A DNA stretch of 64,000 nucleotides, from positions 14,892 through 78,891 of the forward strand of contig CANKYV010000004.1 of assembly GCA_947487955.1 (NCBI GenBank). The letters are read 5' to 3'. The notes beneath the pieces were generated by a model that ran no database searches, was not told the DNA's origin, and saw only the letters and a list, made by a program, of their open reading frames with translations. This DNA comes from Alphaproteobacteria bacterium. Its GTDB lineage: Bacteria; Pseudomonadota; Alphaproteobacteria; Paracaedibacterales; CAITNM01. Both the position numbers and the translations under genes were made by a program. Positions 59,137 through 64,000 of the stretch are shown here, in pieces (within the stretch, counting starts at the first letter, position 1; each line of letters opens with the position of its first letter).

Positions 59137-61116
59137 ATGATTTTATTTCGTTTTCATTGTAGTTTTTTCAAAGCATCAGCGCTGATATGTATATTATTTG
59201 CTAGCCAAGGTAATGCATCAGAACAAGAAATGTTAAGGCTTGCAGAACAAAAAGCTCGAGGCTCTTCTGCTTATGAGGGATTAGACACCGTTAAAGAATT
59301 TATAAACTGGTATAGTACATCAGACACACATACAAAAGAAAATCTTGTTAGGGTTTACGATAAGCTTAGGGCCAAAGATGGTCCGGACTCTGCTATTGTA
59401 ACAATGGCTCTTGAATGCAAAAGAATTGGCATATCTGAGTTCCTTGGTCAGCATAGTGATGTTACACAAAGTAGAGCTGCTGCACCAACCTCTGTAACAT
59501 ATGCTTCTGCAACGCATGCTAATTATGGGACAAGCAGTCCATTACCAGCAAATCTTTCTAGTTCTAGTTCTGCTGCTCGGCATCCTTATCACAATCAAGA
59601 AACAATTACGGATTTATTTGGGAACCAACTACAATCAGATGGCGAGAACGGAGTCTATACCATTTTCACAAATGCTAAAGAATTCGGACTTGATAGGGCT
59701 GAGATTAAAGATAGTCTCGGAGCACATGTTCAACAACTTGGCATACAAGTAAATTCCCAGAATTATCATCAATATCTCAATGACCTTTATGAAAAGCTTG
59801 ATGCCAAAGCTAATGGGAAGAAGCCTGCTGCTGTCAGTGATTATAAATACCCTTCAGGTGCTGGCGGGTATGCTGGCGGAGCACCTTTATATAGAGGCGC
59901 ATCGTCAGCTGCGTATCACGCAGTAGCGGCTACTCAACAACCAGCGACACCACTGAATGAAATGCTTGATTATGCAAATAGATTAAGACTGGATACACCT
60001 GATAGGCAACCATCTCCAACATTCTCAAACTTTCTTCAAGTATTGCAGCGAGAGTCTTACGCTCAGCAACAGAAACTTGCAAACATTTATGAAAAATTTA
60101 TCACTACAGACAGAAGAGAAAAAGGAGAAGCCATTACAACAGTTGCTCGTGAATGCCAAGATAAGGAACAACTTGATGCGTTCATTAGAGCTCACCTTGG
60201 AAAAGCTATTGATAGCCCGAAAATTAGAAAATTACAGGAAGAAAGAGAACGTATTTTAGAAAGAAATGGAGCTGCATATATTGAAGGAATAGATCAAGAT
60301 GGAGCTCCCGGGGCAGTACGTCGAATTCGTGAAATTGAAGCTGAAATTCGATATATCGAAACCCATAGTGATCAGGAAGAAGAAAATGACTTGATTCTTG
60401 CTCAACAACTTTATGAACGACAACGCCAAGAAGAAAGCGACTCAGCTTATGCGCGACGACTCCAGGCTGCACAAGAAGCAGATCAAGGTCTAAGGTATGC
60501 GAGACAACTGCAAGAAGAAAGCGACTCAGCTTATGCGCGACAACTTCAAGAAAGAGAAGCTAGGCAGCAACCTGCTCATCATGGCATTTTCGACATCGCT
60601 GGAAGGCATGGAGATGAGTATCCAAGACGAGAGGTTATTGCGCCGGTTAGAGCTGCAGCTAAACTAGTTGCTGTACCACCAGTTCCGCATAATATTAGTT
60701 TCGAAGAGTATAATCATAACGAGATGAAAATTATTGAAGATGCGTATATTGAGCACATGAGAGATTTGCAAAAATCAAATGAAGCTCGTATCAAAACATT
60801 AGAAAAAGAAATCCACAGCCAAGAACGCGTACTTCAAAGTGTTATAGGAGACGGCATTCGTAGTCAGTACTCACCGGTTCAAATTCAACAGGCACGCAAT
60901 GATTTAACTGCCCTTAATAAAGAAAAAGAGCGCCTAGTCCAAGAATCTGCTGGTGTTATGCAAAGATATTCTGAAGAGTTTGAACAAGCTACAACTCCAC
61001 AGGCAAAAGCTCAAACAAGTGGAGTTCGGGCATTAATGAGTAAAATACAAGAAGGAAACCCTAACTTTTCCTATGGAAAAATTCTGGGGTATCTGCGCGA
61101 TGCAATGGGGTGGTAA
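59137..61116 (+). CDS. Secreted protein with a duplicated helical domain, tandem MIU-like motifs and coiled coil
   Basis: Signal peptide; DSAYARxLQ repeats; 31-bp exact DNA repeat at 60427 and 60511. Confidence 0.75.
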   Translation: MILFRFHCSFFKASALICILFASQGNASEQEMLRLAEQKARGSSAYEGLDTVKEFINWYSTSDTHTKENLVRVYDKLRAKDGPDSAIVTMALECKRIGISEFLGQHSDVTQSRAAAPTSVTYASATHANYGTSSPLPANLSSSSSAARHPYHNQETITDLFGNQLQSDGENGVYTIFTNAKEFGLDRAEIKDSLGAHVQQLGIQVNSQNYHQYLNDLYEKLDAKANGKKPAAVSDYKYPSGAGGYAGGAPLYRGASSAAYHAVAATQQPATPLNEMLDYANRLRLDTPDRQPSPTFSNFLQVLQRESYAQQQKLANIYEKFITTDRREKGEAITTVARECQDKEQLDAFIRAHLGKAIDSPKIRKLQEERERILERNGAAYIEGIDQDGAPGAVRRIREIEAEIRYIETHSDQEEENDLILAQQLYERQRQEESDSAYARRLQAAQEADQGLRYARQLQEESDSAYARQLQEREARQQPAHHGIFDIAGRHGDEYPRREVIAPVRAAAKLVAVPPVPHNISFEEYNHNEMKIIEDAYIEHMRDLQKSNEARIKTLEKEIHSQERVLQSVIGDGIRSQYSPVQIQQARNDLTALNKEKERLVQESAGVMQRYSEEFEQATTPQAKAQTSGVRALMSKIQEGNPNFSYGKILGYLRDAMGW

Positions 61117-61280
61117 TGACCTTCAAAAAATAAATATTTTTTGTTTTATTTATGAAAAAGAAAATTTATTACTTAGAATGTATTTTTTTTAAAATTCAGT
61201 ATTAGATTTTTTATTACTATTTCTTGACTTTTTTAAAATAATGATTACATTGATGATGATCATGAATAATACTGACCCTA

Positions 61281-62573
61281 ATGGCATTTGAAGAAACGGG
61301 CCTTGGTGAGGCCTTAGTTAAGCGGCTTACTGAAATTGGCTTTACGACCCCTACTCCGATTCAAAAAAAAGCAATTCCTATAGCACTGCGTGGGCAGGAT
61401 ATTATTGGTTTAGCACAAACGGGCACAGGAAAAACAGCGGCGTTTTTATTGCCTATACTTAGTGTTCAATCTGAAAGACATCAAAAATCTAGAAATCCTA
61501 GCGTATTGATTTTGGAACCGACCAGAGAGTTGGCCTTTCAAGTACAAGAAAGTTTAAAACGGTTTGATCCGGAAGAAAATTTAAAGTCAGTACTGCTAAT
61601 AGGCGGTGATCCTATGGGATTGCAAGAACGGGCTTTAAAAAAGCCTCATCATATTATTATTGCAACGCCTGGCCGCTTAATGGATTTTATCGATCGCGGT
61701 AAGTTGTTAATGTACGGCGTGCAACACGTGGTCATTGATGAAGCTGATCGCATGCTAGACATGGGATTTATTCCTGATGTGGACAAAATTTTAAAAGTAC
61801 TGCCTAAGACACGACAAACACTTTTGTTCAGCGCCACCATGGCCCCTGATATTCGAGCTCTTGTTGAGCATTACATGATGCTTCCTAAAACTGTTGAAGT
61901 AAAAGAGCAAAGAAGTAAAGCATCAATTGAGCAAACAGCTATTTTGGTTAATGATACTCACAAGCGAGAAGCTTTACGTAAAATTTTGCGCGAACATCCC
62001 AACTTAAATGTGGTGGTATTTTGTAATCGCAAAAAAGATATTGATGAGCTGAAAAGCTCACTAACCCGACATAAATTTTCTGCAGGCGCTATACATGGTG
62101 ACATGAGCCAGGAAATGCGAAACAAAACTTTGCAATCATTTAAAGATGGTAAGCTCAATATTTTAATTGCAAGTGACGTGTTAGCACGTGGTGTTGATAT
62201 CGAAGGCCTTGGCATGGTAGTAAACTTTAATGTGCCTTTGCAAGTAGAGGATTATATTCATCGCATTGGCAGAACTGGCCGCGCTGACATGAAGGGACTA
62301 GCATTTACGCTCGTAAATACAAAAGAGAAATCCCTACTTAAAAATATTGAACAACATTTAAGCACAACACTTAATAGCGAAACCTTTAAAGAAGAAGATG
62401 CACCTGTAGAAACAAAAGAGCATCATCGTCATCCCCCTTCAAAAAAACCTGAGTTTGATAGAGTGCGTATTTTATCAGAGCCAGTATCATCAGAACCTGT
62501 AATTGGCTTTGGCGCAATCTTACCAGCATTTATGGCTCAAAAAGAAAATCCAAAAAAACAATTAAAATCATAG
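61281..62573 (+). CDS. DEAD-box RNA helicase (RhlE-like)
   Basis: AQTGTGKT, PTRELA, DEAD, SAT, HRIGRTGR. Confidence 0.95.
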   Translation: MAFEETGLGEALVKRLTEIGFTTPTPIQKKAIPIALRGQDIIGLAQTGTGKTAAFLLPILSVQSERHQKSRNPSVLILEPTRELAFQVQESLKRFDPEENLKSVLLIGGDPMGLQERALKKPHHIIIATPGRLMDFIDRGKLLMYGVQHVVIDEADRMLDMGFIPDVDKILKVLPKTRQTLLFSATMAPDIRALVEHYMMLPKTVEVKEQRSKASIEQTAILVNDTHKREALRKILREHPNLNVVVFCNRKKDIDELKSSLTRHKFSAGAIHGDMSQEMRNKTLQSFKDGKLNILIASDVLARGVDIEGLGMVVNFNVPLQVEDYIHRIGRTGRADMKGLAFTLVNTKEKSLLKNIEQHLSTTLNSETFKEEDAPVETKEHHRHPPSKKPEFDRVRILSEPVSSEPVIGFGAILPAFMAQKENPKKQLKS

Positions 62574-62693
62574 TTGCAGTACTTTAAAAAACAACCGCAA
62601 GCTTAAATACACCCATTAATTAAATAAAAATTAAGTAATTTTGATTATAATAGCAACATAATCATTTCAATATATTTGTTAAGGGTGATCTTT

Positions 62694-62912
62694 ATGTTAA
62701 AAAAAATTATTTTATTTACAGTAGCTCTTATTTTTGCAGACGGTCAAACTTGGGCAGCGACATCTGGAGAGCTGGAAAATTGCAAAAAACATTGCCCGCA
62801 AGGTAAAGCAGGACGCAGCTGCAAGAAAAGATGCAAAAAAATAAGCGCTTGTAAGGCAAGATGTCCACAAGGTAAAACTGGACGTAACTGCAGGAAAAGT
62901 TGCGAAAGATAA
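62694..62912 (+). CDS. Secreted cationic cysteine-rich peptide
   Basis: Signal peptide, then two CxxxC-x8-CxxxC units. Confidence 0.8.
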   Translation: MLKKIILFTVALIFADGQTWAATSGELENCKKHCPQGKAGRSCKKRCKKISACKARCPQGKTGRNCRKSCER

Positions 62913-62992
62913 GCAAAGCTAGCAGCTGAGTACGTTCAAAAATAATATTCTTTCTCTAAAAACGCTAAAAATAAAAGCTTTTGGCGTTTTTT

Positions 62993-63043
62993 ATATTAAT
63001 TAATATATAATTTTATTAATTAATATATAACTTTATTAATTAA
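62993..63043. repeat. AT-rich 20-bp tandem repeat (~2.5 copies)
   Basis: tattaattaatatataa(t/c)tt repeated. Confidence 0.6.
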
Positions 63044-63102
63044 AAATTAAAAAATACTATATTATAAATAGATATATTTAAATTTATTTTTCGTACGATA
63101 GT

Positions 63103-63837
63103 ATGCTGAAAAAATTTCTTTTATTTCTATTATTTTTAATAGCTGCATTCGAGCAAGTACAAGCAAGCACAAGCCGTAGCCAACCCAACAAAACAAAAGT
63201 AGTCCCAATAGAAATAAAGGTCGTTCCAAAAAAACATTCAGACAGTGAAAGCAGTGAAGAAACACGTGACACCGAAAGAATATATACAGAAGATGAAAAT
63301 TCTAGCCGAAGCAGAAAAATAGTACCAGAATCGCTAATTGAGTATTACGAAAAGAATAAGCAAATCAATACAAATATAGCATCCATACCAAAAATCAGTA
63401 TCACTAAAGAAACCAGAGAAATAATAAATGAAATGGAAGAATCTGATGAAATTAAGGAATTAATAAAAAATGCAAACCTTTCAAGCCTTCAATATTTAAG
63501 ATCTTCCATTATGAATAATGAAGATGCAGGGCATATAGATAACTTACATGAAACTGGAGAAACAAGGGTAAAAAAACGTTTAAAAAAATGTATAAATGGT
63601 TGCTTAGAAAACGGAGCTGAACTTTTCACTGACCAAAATGATTTCAATGAACTAAAACCACTATGCAAAAATTCTTGCAAACGAAAAGAAGCTAAAACTC
63701 TTAAAGAAATAAAAGCGAAAGTCGGCGAGGCATGCATTGCACACAAGCTGAATCAAGCTACCAAGAAAAATTATACGGCATTTGGGATAATTACCGAACT
63801 ATTGAAATCTAGAAATTCAAAATTAACGAATAATTAG
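63103..63837 (+). CDS. Secreted hypothetical protein
   Basis: Signal peptide; CINGC and CKNSC motifs. Confidence 0.7.
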   Translation: MLKKFLLFLLFLIAAFEQVQASTSRSQPNKTKVVPIEIKVVPKKHSDSESSEETRDTERIYTEDENSSRSRKIVPESLIEYYEKNKQINTNIASIPKISITKETREIINEMEESDEIKELIKNANLSSLQYLRSSIMNNEDAGHIDNLHETGETRVKKRLKKCINGCLENGAELFTDQNDFNELKPLCKNSCKRKEAKTLKEIKAKVGEACIAHKLNQATKKNYTAFGIITELLKSRNSKLTNN

Positions 63838-63884
63838 ATATTTTTCACCATAATACTAATATTATTTCGCAATTTTTAGAATAC

Positions 63885-64000
63885 ATGCTGAGAATTATTT
63901 TCTTTTTCTTGTTAATAACAACGTTTGAATTCTATAGCGCAAGTGTTCGTCCAAGCACAACGCCTAGAAAAGCTGGAGGGATTTCTCCGTCGCTAAGTAT
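63885..64000 (+). CDS. 5' part of a secreted protein running off the window
   Basis: MLRIIFLFLLITTFEFYSASVRP..., signal similar to 63103. Confidence 0.55.
   Translation, partial: MLRIIFFFLLITTFEFYSASVRPSTTPRKAGGISPSLS

Noticed and set aside
61020-61060. WH2-like RALMSKIQEG
   Set aside because: It lacks the following LKK(V/T)-type element.
192-63746. Many 60-150 aa antisense or overlapping ORFs in the track (e.g. 19485..19940, 43249..43575, 28233..28586)
   Set aside because: They are shadows of better supported genes or intergenic noise with no motifs.

Overview
AT-rich bacterial chromosomal window that looks like an alphaproteobacterial endosymbiont (Holosporales/Rickettsiales-like; inferred from a GTA-type terminase, a CtrA-type box, a ProP-like MFS and many secreted ORFans, not proven). 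Scattered housekeeping genes (ccmF, tadA, RluA, BepA-like M48 protease, tRNA-Val, HU, coxC, dsbD, photolyase, DEAD helicase) are interleaved with many signal-peptide ORFans and candidate host effectors. Main observations: (1) a recurring architecture in which cargo genes follow a host gene and are then followed by a displaced, start-less second copy of that gene's 3' end (ccmF, tadA, a pseudopilin, plus a cargo-less case), with no integrase in view; (2) three giant proteins sharing an N-terminal module of about 105 aa but with unrelated C-termini, two of them forming inverted repeats around an outer-membrane beta-barrel gene; (3) a secreted protein made of nine ~51-aa repeats with constant and variable halves; (4) CGTC-type palindromic repeats inserted in frame inside ccmF, and a TA-duplicating MITE; (5) a DnaA/CtrA box cluster (candidate oriC). 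All calls come from reading motifs by eye; no searches were run.
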